Positions 1-12,763 of a DNA stretch of 64,000 nt are shown here, in pieces. The stretch is taken from positions 184,018,001 through 184,082,000 of the forward strand of contig NC_086097.1 in NCBI RefSeq assembly GCF_963921235.1. Direction: 5' to 3'. Each line of letters starts with the position of its first letter. Position 1 is the first letter of the stretch. The position numbers and the translations under genes are program-made. The notes beneath the pieces were generated by a model. It saw nothing but the letters and a program-made list of their open reading frames with translations, was not told where the DNA came from and searched no databases. This stretch comes from Mobula hypostoma (Eukaryota).

Positions 1-629
1 CAGCACAAATCCCATTTATCACCACTTAGTGCATACTTTTCCATGGCTTGGCGATTAAACTACTGGTCTAGATACTGCACTCCTTCAATGTACCTCCATC
101 ATCCTCTCAGTTCCAGATTCCAGTCATCACCTGGGTGAAAAATATGGTAGCCAATTATTTGAAATAAGTTGGATGAAAAACCCATTTAAATAGATCGGGC
201 TGCAGTACTGTATGTACAGATGATATAAAGCTGTTTGAGCTCCACTGAAGATGCCAAAACTTCACCGGTATCAGTGTGAGATGGAGGTACAGCAGCATCT
301 GATCTTCATCCTATTCTGTGTTTCTGTGACTTCTGTGTCTCAAACAGCAGAGGTGAGCTGACCAGTGTTGAGGAATTAGACAGCAGTTCTCTACAAAACC
401 CTCAACCAGAGGAAAACATAATCCAGTCATTTTCCTTCAGCTATTTTACAACAAAAAACTCTTTAACTAGAACTATTGCATTAAAGTAATATATTGATAC
501 ATGATTTTGATTCCACTCCCAAATTTAATTAATCACATTGAATATTCAATCAAATAACCAAATTCACGTTCTAATTTACTGAATCCACTTTACAAAATTA
601 GTGTCCTCTCTATTAAGAGTAATCAAATC

Positions 630-1292
630 AGATGGTGGTGCGATGCAGCGCGCAGCGGCCACTCTGGTGAAATGATATCTGTTATCTGTCCAGTAGGGTG
701 CCGTGCACAATCCTGATTTCATGGAGACAGACATGAGAACACAGAGGAACATCTGGAGAAACTTCTGAAATGCCTTTTTTGCTGCCGCTGTTACTGTGTG
801 ATCCAGAATCTCCGGAGAAGGCCCTGAGTCCTCAGCTTTGCTTGTTGCTCAGTGGCCGGGACAGGGTCGAAGCGCTCAGCAGAGATGGTGCTCGGTGTCG
901 GAGGGCTGGTCAGAGGCTCGAAGTTTTCGGACGGACTCAGAGTCGGCTGTGGTCGGGTGCTTCCAATGCACCGGCAGTTGTCGGCGCCTGGAGGTATATG
1001 GCAGGGAGAGTTTCTCCCGCCACCCGCTATCAGGACTATCGGGAGTCGATCGGAACGTTGAGACTTTTTTTTTACCGTGCCCATGGTCTGCTCTTTATCA
1101 AATTACGGTATTGCTTTGCACTGCTGTAACTACAAACGGTATATGTTATAATTATGTGGTCTTGTCAGTGTTAGTCTTTGGTTTGTCCTGATTTTTTTGT
1201 GATATCACTCTGGAGGAACATTGTATCACTTCTTAATGCATGTATTTCTAAATGACAATAAATGAGGACTGAGTGTCCTCATAATCTAATCA
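630..1292 (+). mobile_element. Non-autonomous retroposed element (SINE-like or bipartite LINE derivative) with 3' hairpin and (TAATC)n tail
   Basis: GC-rich 5' part starting AGATGGTGGTGCG in AT-rich flanks; AT-rich 3' part ending AATAAATGAGGACTGAGTGTCCTCATAATCTAATC (8-bp stem ATGAGGAC/GTCCTCAT); the left flank also reads TAATCAAATCA; no recognisable protein. Confidence 0.6.
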
Positions 1293-1489
1293 TCCAACTG
1301 TAGCTGTTTATACATTTGTAGCATGCTTCACTAAATAGAGCCCTTTTTCAGCTATAGCAACATATTTTGAGCATTTTACTCTGCACTGGTACTGCTTATT
1401 TCCTTAAGAGTGGCCTTTGTATAGACAACTACAAACCAAGTGTACAACTACTGAAACTGGATGAGACCAAAAGACATGTTATAACTACA

Positions 1490-1900
1490 TCAATTTAGCT
1501 CAGTTGCTAACATTTGAGAACTGCAATTAGAAGGCATTAGTCAAAGCCCCACTCCAGCACTTGTGCTCATAGCATAGTTTAACTTTGCAATATTGGACTG
1601 TGGTCCTATTGAAAGTGCAGTTCTTCAGATAAGATATTAAAGCCAGGCACCACTTCACTTTCCTGTGGGTACAGGTGTATGCATTGACTGAGCAAGAACA
1701 ATAATTTCTCCTGGAGTCCTATCTCAACCAATAGCACAATTTCTGATTTTTCATGTCATTTGCTGTTTACTGAACATTGCTGCATCCCATTTGGCTGTTC
1801 TTTTTGCCCTCATATGTCACACTATATCTTAAAATGAAATTAATTGCCTGTAAAGCATTTAGAGATATCAAGCATGCATTTTCCATCTTCATTTTTGCTT
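1490..1900 (+). mobile_element. Old Deu-domain SINE (SacSINE1/AmnSINE-like)
   Basis: Colinear similarity to the Deu-SINE core as I recall it: CCCACTCCAGCACTTGTGC...TCAGATAAGATATTAAA...TCTCCTGGAGTCCT...CTCAACCAA...TTTGCTGTTT...TTGGCTG...TTGCCTGTAAAGCATTT. Heavily diverged; aligned by eye. Confidence 0.6.
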
Positions 1901-1970
1901 AACAGCTAGCATTACTAAGTTCGGCCAGTTTTAAATTTGGCTATGAGACCTAGTTTTTGGTTCTACACCA

Positions 1971-2225
1971 GGCAGCGTAGTGTGGCGGTTAGCGGAACAC
2001 TGTTACTGCGCCAGTGACCCGAGTTCCAATCCGCCACTAATCTGTAGCAGTTTGTACAGTTTACCCATGATTGTGTGGGTTACCTCAAGGTGCCCCAGTC
2101 TCCTCCCACATTCCAGGTGTACAGGTTAACAGCTTCATTGGTCATATGGGTGTTTTGGGCAGCACAGGCTTGTAGGGCCAGAAGGGCCTCTTACCGTGCT
2201 ATATTGTGTATAAAAATGTATAAAA
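1971..2225 (+). mobile_element. tRNA-derived V-SINE (HE1-like) with CR1-derived tail
   Basis: A-box-like TGGCGGTTAGCG and B-box-like GAGTTCCAATCC; V-domain (GTTTGTAC...TGTGTGGGTTACCTC...CTCCCACATTCCA); tail GGGCCAGAAGGGCCT...CCGTGCT resembles the CR1 3' ends in this window. Confidence 0.75.
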
Positions 2226-4879
2226 CACAGTCAACAGTGCTATTAATATTAATGTTATCTCATCAAAGGCTTGATGTCAATTGGACAGTGACACGAATAC
2301 AATTTAAATAAGAACGTTAATTCCTCCGGTCAAACAGCAGAGGATCATGGAATAAGTAAGTTAACCTTTTATATGCCAAAATTATACTAGGTTATTTAAA
2401 CTCTCCAGAAAATTGATGGACATTTAAGATTCAGATTAGATTTCTTATGCATGCCTTCCTTTAAAATAAAATTGTGTTTATTTCCTCATTTTACTGTAAT
2501 GGATGCCAAATATTTGGCATGCATAAACATTTGGAATTGTTACTGGAGATAAAAAGTGATGATGAGATTATATATTTCATTTGATATTAATCTGATATGG
2601 CTATACTGTGAAATAGCTGTCCAAAAACTATAAACAGCAGTAAGTAATGCAATGGATGTTAAAACACAGCATTTAGTCAGCTAATGCGCAGTATCAGCAG
2701 CAGGAGGTTCATGCAGGCTTTTTGATGAGGAATGAATTGCTGGAAGCAAGGTTTTAATGGCAACTAATTTCACAAATTTGATGCTCATTTTAGCCAACTA
2801 CCATTTAACTCAACCATGACAAGACAATGAAGATTCTTTCACTAAGTCTTGGAGTTCTTTAATCTAAGATACAAGCAGAATGCTTCAGGCTATAGTGAAT
2901 TTATGGGTCTTTGAGCTTCTGTTCTAAATAGAAAAAAAAGCTCGTTATGCACAAACATGACTTTCATCTGTTAACGCTACATTTTGGAAGCTGGATTCTT
3001 AATGATCAAATCAGAATTGTCTGCCATTTATTCCAGTGAATCCAAATCAAGAATAGTCACAGGCAAATTAAAAGCTTGCATGGATCAACGGACAAAGGCA
3101 CTGTCAATCATTCATGAAATTGACAAGGGGGGATTTATCTCAATCCTATTTGAAAGTTCCACTGTTGCTTCATGCAGTTACATGCCTTTCTTCATCAAAG
3201 CTTAGAAGCAATGATAGGACTTCCAAGACCCATAATAACCCCTGGGTTGTTAACCTTCACTAGCTGGAGGGATTTCTTTTTCTTTCTACCCATTACCCTC
3301 TTTACTTTACTTACTGGCATACCATTGGGTGTTCTCTGTGGAGAGCTTGATGCCTGTCCTGAGAGATGCTGCAAATAATTACGCTATTACTCAATGGGCT
3401 CCACTGATCACCAACCAAAGTAACAGTTGGAGATTGAGAGAAGTTATTCAAAGGTTGAACATATTTTAATCTATCTATTAGGTGGGGAATTAAAGTGCAT
3501 GAATAAGAAACAGTCGTCCAGATATTACTGAAGGCAAATATTGTCAAACAATTAATTCAGCCATTTATAGAACATACCTCTTTTTATTATTTAATAAAAA
3601 GCATTTTAATTAATAAACTGAGTCCTATATAAAAAAGGAATGGTATATAATGGTATATAAAGCCCAGAAACTAAATTACAACTGAATCAAAACAGAGTGT
3701 GGCACATGCACATAAGGAAGGCGGAAACTAGACCATTATAATTTTATCTGCTGGTCTTATATTTTATAACCATGGCAAGCTGAGAACAAGGTAGGAAAGA
3801 CACTAGCAGAGGCCCAGTACCTCTGCAGTTCCATCCTTTCCTCTGCTATGGCAGGCTCCGTTAGTTCTGAAAACTAAGCACCTAAAGAAAATGACGACAG
3901 CACACATAGCAAAATCTGCTCTTAGTTGCAATTGAGTCATGTAATCTTCAAGCACAGGGAATATACTTTCATATATAATTGATATTCAATATATGGACTG
4001 ATTTGCAGACAGTGGGACAGACATTCATCCTCACTGATACAGACAATTTACTCCATTTTCAAAATCTGGCTTTATTGGCTAGCGGAGGTGATACACACAG
4101 TAAACATTGGAAAACACAAATAAAGCCTTTTCTACAATTGTCAGATGCAATTGTATGCTCACAGTGATAGTTTCGACTAATATGAACAGCAGCACATGCT
4201 CTGTCTTTAAATAAATCATTGATGAAAGTCTCACTGAATGTAAACTTTGTATCTGTTTGGTATTACAAATGATATATACAGTATATATATATTTCCAGCA
4301 CAAATTCATTGGCATATCTGTTGTCTAATTTAATTGAATTGCTTCATTCATTATTTACACATAACATGGAACACAATTGGAAAGCAGATTTTGCATTGAA
4401 TTTTGCCATATTTACATGCTGAACGTATTGCTTTTTACGTGGGGAATATGAATTTTTGGTTCTGTTTTCCTGAAAGAATATTCTCTTCAATTCCCCAGCA
4501 CTCTGTATCCTAACTCATTATAACTCATTCTGTGCCCATGACTTCCCTTACAGGGAGCTTTGGATTGCTTGTGCGTTGCCTCAGGCATTGCCATCTGGAA
4601 GCCAGGCATTTCAATGTCGGATGAGAAGAGGTGGTGTATCTGAATTGAAGGAGGGGCAATGAGGGGAAGGGAATGACAAGACAAATATTTCCACAAAAAT
4701 TCTTGGTCCCATAGGAAGAAATGACTACTTATAATTCAGGCATCTGACTTGAAGCTCAGGATAATGCAAAGTAGCTGGTCTAAAAAATTCACAGGTGAAT
4801 GTGGTTACAATTAGCCCCAGGGACAAATGTCACCCACGTGAATTTAATATATTTGTGGCACATGTGAAGCAACCCTACA

Positions 4880-5123
4880 CAATTCCTCACTTACCTCTTT
4901 ACCTAGTGCATTGGTAGGTGTATTGGGGCTGAATCCTACCTTCATTTTATCAATTCAAATATTATATTCTTTCCTGCTAGTTTCCTCCCAACTCTAATGT
5001 TCACATAGTCTAACTCTGACTTTTCCCTTCCCTTTCTCAACCTCTCTACCTCCATTTCAGGGGATAGGTTAGTGACCAATATCTGCAACAAGGCCACTGA
5101 TTCCCACAGTTATCTCCACATAT

Positions 5124-5160
<37 letters not shown>

Positions 5161-6355
5161 CTGTTTCCTGTAAAGGTCATATTCCATTCTTCCAGTTTCT
5201 CTGGTTCCATTATATCTGTTCACCACACACACATGCTTCTGAGTTGTCTTCCTTTTACCTTAAACGTAGCCATTCTTTGTTGATGTAGCCCTCAACTAGA
5301 TAGGTTTCATTTTTTTGTATCCCCCTCGTCCCTATCACCACATACCCAGCATCCACCTTTAATAATGTTTCCACCACTATGACATTCATGAATCTATTTC
5401 CACCACCGTAAAAGTAGCACCGTGTCTAGAACTCTTCTCTCCTTTCAACAATCCAAAAGAGTATTCCCCAGGTACTTTCCTAGTTCACCCTTCCATTACA
5501 TTCATTGCACTTCTCTCAGAACTTTGGCATGTGGGTTAATTACTGCTTCACCAGAAAGACGTGCTTGGGTCTACCCTCAAGAAACCCAAACAGTCCCTTC
5601 GGTGAACCAGTGGTTCACTTGTACTTTTGTTCATTTTAATATACCACGTTTGGTGCTCACAGTCTATTCTCTTCTCCACTGCAGAAAACGAGCATGCATT
5701 AGTTGGCTGTTCTACTGAACATCTTCACGAGTTTCCAGTTGCCTGTCATCTCACTCTCATTCCCTGCCTTCTTACACTATTCCATCAAAGTCTAATGTAG
5801 GCTTGAAGAACAATACCTCACCTTCTAAATAATCACTTAGGACACAGGACTGGATACAGATAATTAGCTTTTCTAGTTTGTATTGGAACTCGGCAGCTCT
5901 GATGAAAGATTATCAGCCTGTAGTATTAACTCAATATCTTTGTTTCTCTTCGTAGAAACTGCTTGAATTACGTGTTCCCTATAGTTTTAGATTTTCAGTA
6001 ACTGCAGTATTTGATATATCACAGTTTTGGCATTGATTACTTTTTTCCCTTTCCCCTTTCTCATTCATCTGTTTCTATTTTGACCAGACAGATCAGATAC
6101 AAATTACCTTCTGTCAGGCAGGACAACCACTTTCAGCATCATCCAGTGTCTCTTGGTCTCTACCCCATGACATATATTCCCACTGTTTTCTTCATTCTCC
6201 CTTCTTCTCTGCAATTTAAAACATTATTTGCATTCTAATATTTCCAACTTGAGAAGGGTCACTGATCTGATACAACAACACTGCTTTTTTCTCTTTCTTC
6301 ACAGCTTCTGCCTGACCCGCTGAGCATTAATAACATTTTCTGTTTTTATTCCAGG
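4880..6355 (+). mobile_element. Degraded Penelope-like element (RT C-terminus, GIY-YIG region, tandem terminal repeats)
   Basis: Remnants of LPFL...SISGDRL.TNI..K.TDSHSYL (about 5025-5120), an FTCT / GIY-YIG-like region (about 5600-5725), and two decayed hammerhead-like motifs at about 5899 and 6248. Confidence 0.7.
5125..5156. repeat. (CT)n microsatellite
   Basis: Direct TC dinucleotide run. Confidence 0.9.
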
Positions 6356-8089
6356 GTGTGTTAATAGTTTTGTACTTAAAAAGAATGAATTATAGGACAA
6401 CACCATTGAAAATTACACTTTACAAGAAGGAAAGCTGGTTTTAAAAGCATAATGCTAACTGCTAATGATAATATTTAAAATCAGATATACAATATTTGAA
6501 GCGGAAGGGAACAAATATTTAAAACACACTTCTCCTGTTGTATGTTCTTTCAACTTCCTTTAAAGACACCTGCTAGTGGCACTGAAGATACCGTTCAGAA
6601 TTTTTCACCTATATTACAGTAACCTGTGTGTGTACAAACTCTTTTTCAAGTTGGTGGAATGATGATGTAATGGAGTAGAAATGTATATGTGGTTTGATTA
6701 GGTGTTTCCATTTGCTTTCCAAAATCAAACCATACGCTAGTAGGTTTTGCTATATTTCCAACTAACTAACAGCAGTCCCCTGGCTACAGTTGTAAAAGAT
6801 AAAAAACAGCACCCCATCAATACAGAAATATCCAAATTCAGTCCTTCCTGCAAAGAATTAAGTGGAGGTTCAAATAAAATAACAGATCAATCAAGAAATT
6901 CCTCAGGTCTGATGACAGGTCTTAAAAGAAAATGCAAAGCAGATGTATGGAATTCATTGCATTGGGCTATAGATTCCGAACATATACCCTTAGCATGTAT
7001 TCCATTTCTCTTTATGAGTAGATTTTAACTACACACTGGATTTAGGGGTTAAAACATCCCTAGTCTCAAATTTGAGCACTGAATGGCATTTTAATGCACA
7101 CTGCTGCTCATCCACTGGTCATGTAAAATCAGGCTCTTTGTCTTGTAATGTAGGGGAGAAGATGAATGAAGAGACAATGCAAGTTGATGAAATTATTAAT
7201 CTCCCAAATTAATGCCAATATCTTTGCTTTTGTTAATTCAGCTACCTCACACTTTTGGAGTAGGTAAATCCTTATTAGTAACTAGTCATGGATCTCACTT
7301 TGCTTAAACATTTATGCAAGAAATCAACAAAAAGCCAAAATGCTATTAGTATTAGAAATTATTCGGAAAATTATTCAACAAATAAGAGACTTAAATTGAT
7401 GTATAATTTATTATGCAAGTATTATTAAAGACTGTTTTGTACTAGAGTTATGGAGTCACCGAGCACTACAGCACAGAAACAGGCCCTTTGGCCCGTGTAG
7501 TCCATACCGAACTGCTTAATCCCATTGACTGTGTAATAGTGACTAGTAATCAAAATATTTCCGTGATGCATATTGTGCTAATTATTGTACCTATCCAGAT
7601 TAGTAAGTTGAAAATCTACCTCACTGCATCGTGGTTTGTACATCTGGATAATTACAATTAATATTTTTCTTTTATCAGAAGACCTCAAGATTGCAAAGGA
7701 ATGACATGACTGAGGATGGCCATCTGCTCAATTTTAGCTCAGTTATTCCTGAAAAATGTTCTCTAATATTGGCCTTTAATCATTTCTTAAATTATCCTTT
7801 TGTATTTTCTAAGCTGCCCAGAGATGTCTACATGTGATCACATTTACTATGAGTGATTTTCTTATTCCTTTCAAAACCTACCTCCTTATTATGATGACAA
7901 GTACATTTTAACAACTTCACTGATATCTCTCCACATTCTGAGGGCTGAATCTGTGGCTTTGCACTGCAATAAGACCATGGTCTACAATGTGTTACTTCAT
8001 TTTGAGTTAGCTCATTCATAGTGCTGCAATTACTTTTTCCTTTCATATGGAATATAAAGAGTGGTGATGGACTGCTGTGCGCAATGTCT

Positions 8090-9305
8090 CACTGAAACAT
8101 GGCTTACAATGCTTCACCTGACTGTACCATTCAACCCGAGAGGTTCTCAATTCACTGGATGAACTATACAGTGTCCTCAGGCAAAGTTAGAGCCAGAGGA
8201 GTACCCTCGAAGTGCTTAGATGTAATGGTCCTGGTGAGCTCTTGCTTTCCCAGTTTGGATTATCTAACAGTGAAGTGTAGCCTGTACTACATGCTATGGG
8301 AGTTGATATCAAATATCTTGATGGCAGTCTACATCCCTCCTCAGATAGACATGAAGCCTGCACTCTTCAATATATACTCTGTGGTCAACAGCCTGGAAGC
8401 AGGATACCCAGGTACCTTTTCATCATAGCTGGTAACTTCAACCAGGCCAAGTTCAAGAGTCTGTTACCAAATTACTATCAGCATTTCTCCTGAACCACCA
8501 GGGGCCCAAACACGCTCGACTATTGCTATACAATATTCAAAGAGTCCTACCGAGCCAACCCTGTCCGCACTTTGTTAAATCAGACCAGCAGGTTGTGCTT
8601 CTATTTCCTACTACACAAACGGAACCTGAAACGGGAGACTCCAGTACAGAAAGTCATTCAGTGCTGGTCTGAGGAAGCAGATGAGTTTCAAGTGATTTCT
8701 TTGAGTAGTTTGGCTGGTCCATGTTCAAAGACTCAGCTGCCAGCCTAGATGAGGAGGTCACTACTAGCACGAACTTTAGCAGCAAGTTGTTTGGGGGCTG
8801 TCCAAATGCATACGGCCTAGTGTGGCAACCACTCTGCACATGACTGCAAGAAGCTACAGGGAGCTGTAGAAACCAGCCTCTCCTCTATAGACTCTGTTCA
8901 CTCTTTTTGCTGCCTCAGTAAAGCAGCCAACATAAACAAAGAACCCACCCACTCTAGACATTCTGTCCTCTCCCGTCTTCCATTTCCCAGCAGGTAGAAG
9001 ATAAAAAAGGCTGAAAGCATACAGCACCAGGCTCAAGGACAGCTTCTGTTCTCACCGCTATCAGATTCCCGAGTAGACTTCTTCTATGAAAATATGAATG
9101 CTTGACCTACCTTGTTACGATCTTGCACTTTAATGTTTCCCTGCACTACACTTGCTCTGTAGCTTTTACATGTAATTACTGTTTTACCTTGTTCTACCCC
9201 AATACACAGTGCAATGATTTTGATCGGTATGAACAGTTTTTCACTGTATCTTGGTTTTTCACTGCATCTTGGTACCCGTGACAATAATAAGTGAATACTA
9301 ATAAA
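8090..9305 (+). mobile_element. Internally deleted Rex1/Babar-type LINE
   Basis: APE motifs (ETWL...IQPERFSIH; IAGNFNQA; TRGPNTLDYCY) joined at about 8810 directly to C-terminal and 3'UTR sequence; the RT core is absent. Confidence 0.75.
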
Positions 9306-9824
9306 ACTAAAACAAAAGTACACTATTCTAAGTAAAAAAAAAATTAAATTAAAAATTCTTGAATGAAGAAGTGTTAACCTACATGTAATACAGAGATGAA
9401 ATTTAATGCACAATTTCTGAATACTAATACTTCTCCAAGGTTTTCCCCTTCCAAGTTTGCCTAATGGTTCAACCATATATTGTTTGGTTTTTGTGTGGTT
9501 GCTGCATTTTCTGAATGTGAAAACAGATGTCCAGTTGAGTCCTTGCCCTGGAAGAATCAACTTCTGCCTGCCACGTTCCTCCACCAGGCTAAGCTGGCCA
9601 TAAAGGAGGAATCGGGTGGGGGTGAGAAATACTGACATTGTGAAGAGTACAATTTAAATTCACAAAGCCAGTAAAGCACTCAAGTAGCCTGTTGGATAAT
9701 GTTGAGTGGATCTGCAATCACCCAGTTATAAGAAGCTCTACACTAATCCAATTTGGCAACATTAGATTGTATCCTTCAATGCCTTGCTAATTTAAGAGTC
9801 CATCTAAATATCTGTTGAAAGTCA

Positions 9825-10150
9825 CTAAGGACCCGCAATATCTGTACCACCCCCTTTCTCACTGCTGTCCTCAGGCAAAAGGTATAGGAGCCTGATAAGC
9901 CACAGGGTTCAACCACAGCTTCTCCTCCACTGCCATCAGGTTCTTAACCGGACCTGAAAAACCCAATTCTACCTCAGACTACATTTCCCTCGACATACTC
10001 TCATGTCATTGTGTTTATTTTTGTTTACTTTACTGTGTAAGTTATACATAATTTACGTTAATTGAAATATAATTTATGTTTGAACAAAAAGCTAATCTTC
10101 TTGACCTTGTACTTTGGATATAGATGTGTGCCTATCACATGAACTTGAAT
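9825..10150 (+). mobile_element. Rex1/Babar LINE 3' fragment
   Basis: SLLSSGKRYRSL-like C-terminal remnant, AT-rich 3'UTR and GAACTTGAA tail. Confidence 0.6.
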
Positions 10151-11297
10151 TTGTGGTAATTGTATCCAATTCCACCACCAACACTGACAGTGAGTTCCAG
10201 ATACTCTCCATGTAAGAGATCATTCTTCTCAAATCCCCTTTAAATTTTCTTCCTTTCACCTTAAACCTATGCCCTCATGTTTTTGATACCATTGCCATGG
10301 GAGAAAGTTTCTGATATCTACCCTATCTGTGACTGCTAATTTTATAAAAATAAATTATTCATTCCTCACTCCAGGAGACAGAAGGACAATTTATTCAATC
10401 TTTCCCCATGACTAAGTTCCTCCAAACTAAGCAGCATCTTGACAAATTTCCTCTGCACTGTCTCCTGTGTAGTCATGTCCTTGGTGTAGTGTGGCGACTA
10501 GAAATCACACAAAAATCCAAGTGCCGTCTAACTGGTGTTTAGTAAACATAATGTCCCAACTTTTATGTTCTTTGTCTGGGCATATGAAGCCAAGCATGCC
10601 ATATGCCTTTTTCACCATTTTATCTGTCTGGAAATTGTGGACCTTCTGTCTAAGGTCAGAGGCCCAATTAAGTGTCTCTGTTCATTTCTTAGTACATTAT
10701 CATCTATTGAATACATTTTTCCTTATTTGTATTAACTTGTACCTGTTGAGACTTAATACCATCTGCCAGTACTCTGCCCAACTTTCCATTTTCTTTCCAT
10801 CTTGCTGTGGCTTTAGACAGCCTTCCATTCTGTTGGCAACACCACTAACTTCTGTGACATTCACAACCCTAGCAATGATGCTTCCCATATTACACCTAAA
10901 TCATTTACTGTACATATCACAAATAAACAAGGGTTCCAGCACCAACCTCTGAAATAGTTTCATTCAGAAAAATGTTTTCTCACTACTCCTCTCTGCTTCC
11001 AGTCACCAAGTCAATTTTGGGTCCAATTAGCCAACTTGACTTGGCTCACTTATGGATTAGCCTAACACGTGGAACTTTGTTAAATATATTATTAAAGTCC
11101 ATATAGGCAACATCTATTGTACTGCCTTCATCAATTATCTTAGCTATCACCTCATAATACTCGTCAAATAGGGAGGTAGGATTTCCCCCACATAAAGTCA
11201 TGCTGACTATCCCTGATAATCCCTTGCCTTTTGAAATATACATAAATTTAATCACTTTATGATTTTCTCCAATAAGTACCTTAACGCTGACCACTGA
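10150..11297 (-). mobile_element. Degraded CR1 LINE, 3' part (continues at about 13780-14135)
   Basis: ORF 11046-11294 contains IDEGSTIDVAYMDFNNIFNKVP; ORF 10700-10888 contains MESWAEYWQM. Confidence 0.8.
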
Positions 11298-11439
11298 CGA
11301 GAATCAGAATCGGGTTTAATATCATTGGCATATGTTGTGAAATACGCTGTTTTGAGGCAGCAGTACATTGCAATAATAATGAAAAACTATAAATTTCACA
11401 AAGATAAATGTAAATTAAATAAGTAGTGCAAAAAGAATG

Positions 11440-11803
11440 TAAGAACATAAGAAATAGAAGCAGGAGTAGACTATCTGGCCCATCGAGCCTGCTTCACCAT
11501 TCAATAAGGTCATGGCTGGTCTTCTTCATCATGGCTGGCTCCACCTACCTGGCTTTTCCCCGTAACCCTCAATTCCCCTACTATGCAAAAATCTATCCAA
11601 CCTTGTCTTAAATATATTTACCGAGGTAACCTCCACTGGGCAGAGAATTCCATAGATTCAACAATCTGTGGGAAAAGCAGTTCTTACTCATCTCTGTCCT
11701 AAATCTACTTCCCCGAATTTTGAGGCCATGGCCCCTAGTTCTAGTCTCACCTACCAGTGGAAACAACTTTACTGCTCTATCTATCTATCTATCCCTTTCA
11801 TAA
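11440..11803 (-). mobile_element. CR1 3' fragment nested in the Rex1 3'UTR
   Basis: AAGAACATAAGAAATAG tail, TGGCCCATCGAGCCTGC and the CR1 C-terminal region; Rex1 sequence resumes at about 11804. Confidence 0.8.
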
Positions 11804-12356
11804 CTAGAGAGCAAAAAGGAAAAAAAATACTGAAGTTATTTACGTGGGTTTATTATCCATTCAGAAATCTGATGGCAGTGGGAAAGCAGCTGTTCCTAAA
11901 ACACTGAGTGTGCCTTCAGGCTCCTGTACCTCCCCCTTGATGGTGCCAATGAGAAGAGGTTATGTCCTGGGTGATTGGGTCTCTTACTGACGGATGTCAC
12001 CTTTTTGAGACATTGCCTTTTGAAGATGTGTTTGATGCTGGAAAGGCTAGGGCCCTTGATGGAGCTGGCTGAGTTTGCAACTTTCTGCAGCTTTTTCCAA
12101 ACTTGTGAAGTTGCCCCTCCATACCGCGTGGCAAAATAAGCAGTTAGAATGCTCTCCATGATACATCTTTAGAAATTTGCAAGTTTTTGGTGACAAACCA
12201 AGTCTCCTCAACCTCCCAATGAAATAAAACCACTTTCGTGCCTTCTTTGTAATTGCATCAATATGTTAGGCCCAGAATAGATACTCAGAGATGGTGACAC
12301 CCAGGAATTTGAAACTATTCACCCTTTCCACTGTTGATCCCTCAATGAGAACTGGT

Positions 12357-12763
12357 ACCCCATCTGTTACTCTTTTTTATGCACACATTCTTTCTCTCAC
12401 TCTCCTTTTTCTCCCTCTGTCCCTCTGAATATACCTCTTGCCCATCCTCTGGGTCACCCCCCCCCGTCTTTCTTCCCGGACCTCCTGTCCCATGATCCTC
12501 TCGTATCCCCTTCTACCTATCACCTGTCCAGCTCTCGGCTCTATCCCTCCCCCTCCTGTCTTCTCCTATCATTTTGCATCTCCCCCTCCCCCTCCAGCTT
12601 TCAAATCCCTTACTCACTCTTCCTTCAGTTAGTCCTGACGAAGGGTCTCGGCCTGAAACGTCGACTGCGCCTCTTCCTATAGATGCTGCCTGGCCTGCTG
12701 CGTTCACCAGCAACTTTGATGTATGTTGCTTGAATTTCCAGCATCTGCAGAATTCCTGTTGTT
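12357..12763 (+). mobile_element. Penelope-like terminal repeat (pLTR) fragment with hammerhead motif
   Basis: Pyrimidine-rich tract, hammerhead core, then GATGCTGCCTGGCCTGCTG...GAATTCCTGTTGTT; flanked by TGGT (12353-12356 and 12764-12767) inside Rex1; the 3' part is near-identical to 47941-48074. Confidence 0.8.
12631..12666 (+). ncRNA. Minimal type I hammerhead ribozyme (predicted)
   Basis: AGTC-CTGACGA-AGG(GTCTCGG)CCT-GAAA-CGTC-GACT: stem I AGTC/GACT, CUGANGA and GAAA core, stem II, palindromic ACGT stem III; predicted cleavage after the GUC ending at 12662. Confidence 0.8.

Noticed and set aside
670..780. HDV-like ribozyme at the 5' end of the non-autonomous element
   Set aside because: I could not build the nested double pseudoknot (no convincing P2/P3/L3).
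770..1191. Overlapping ORFs in the GC-rich element
   Set aside because: Explained by the GC content of a repeat; no domain similarity.
2503..2520. Perfect 18-bp palindrome ATGCCAAATATTTGGCAT
   Set aside because: A single 9-bp-arm palindrome is not unexpected in 64 kb of AT-rich DNA, and there is no supporting context.
9084..9638. 184-aa minus-strand ORF
   Set aside because: Much of it is antisense Rex1 3'UTR and low-complexity sequence; no recognisable domain.
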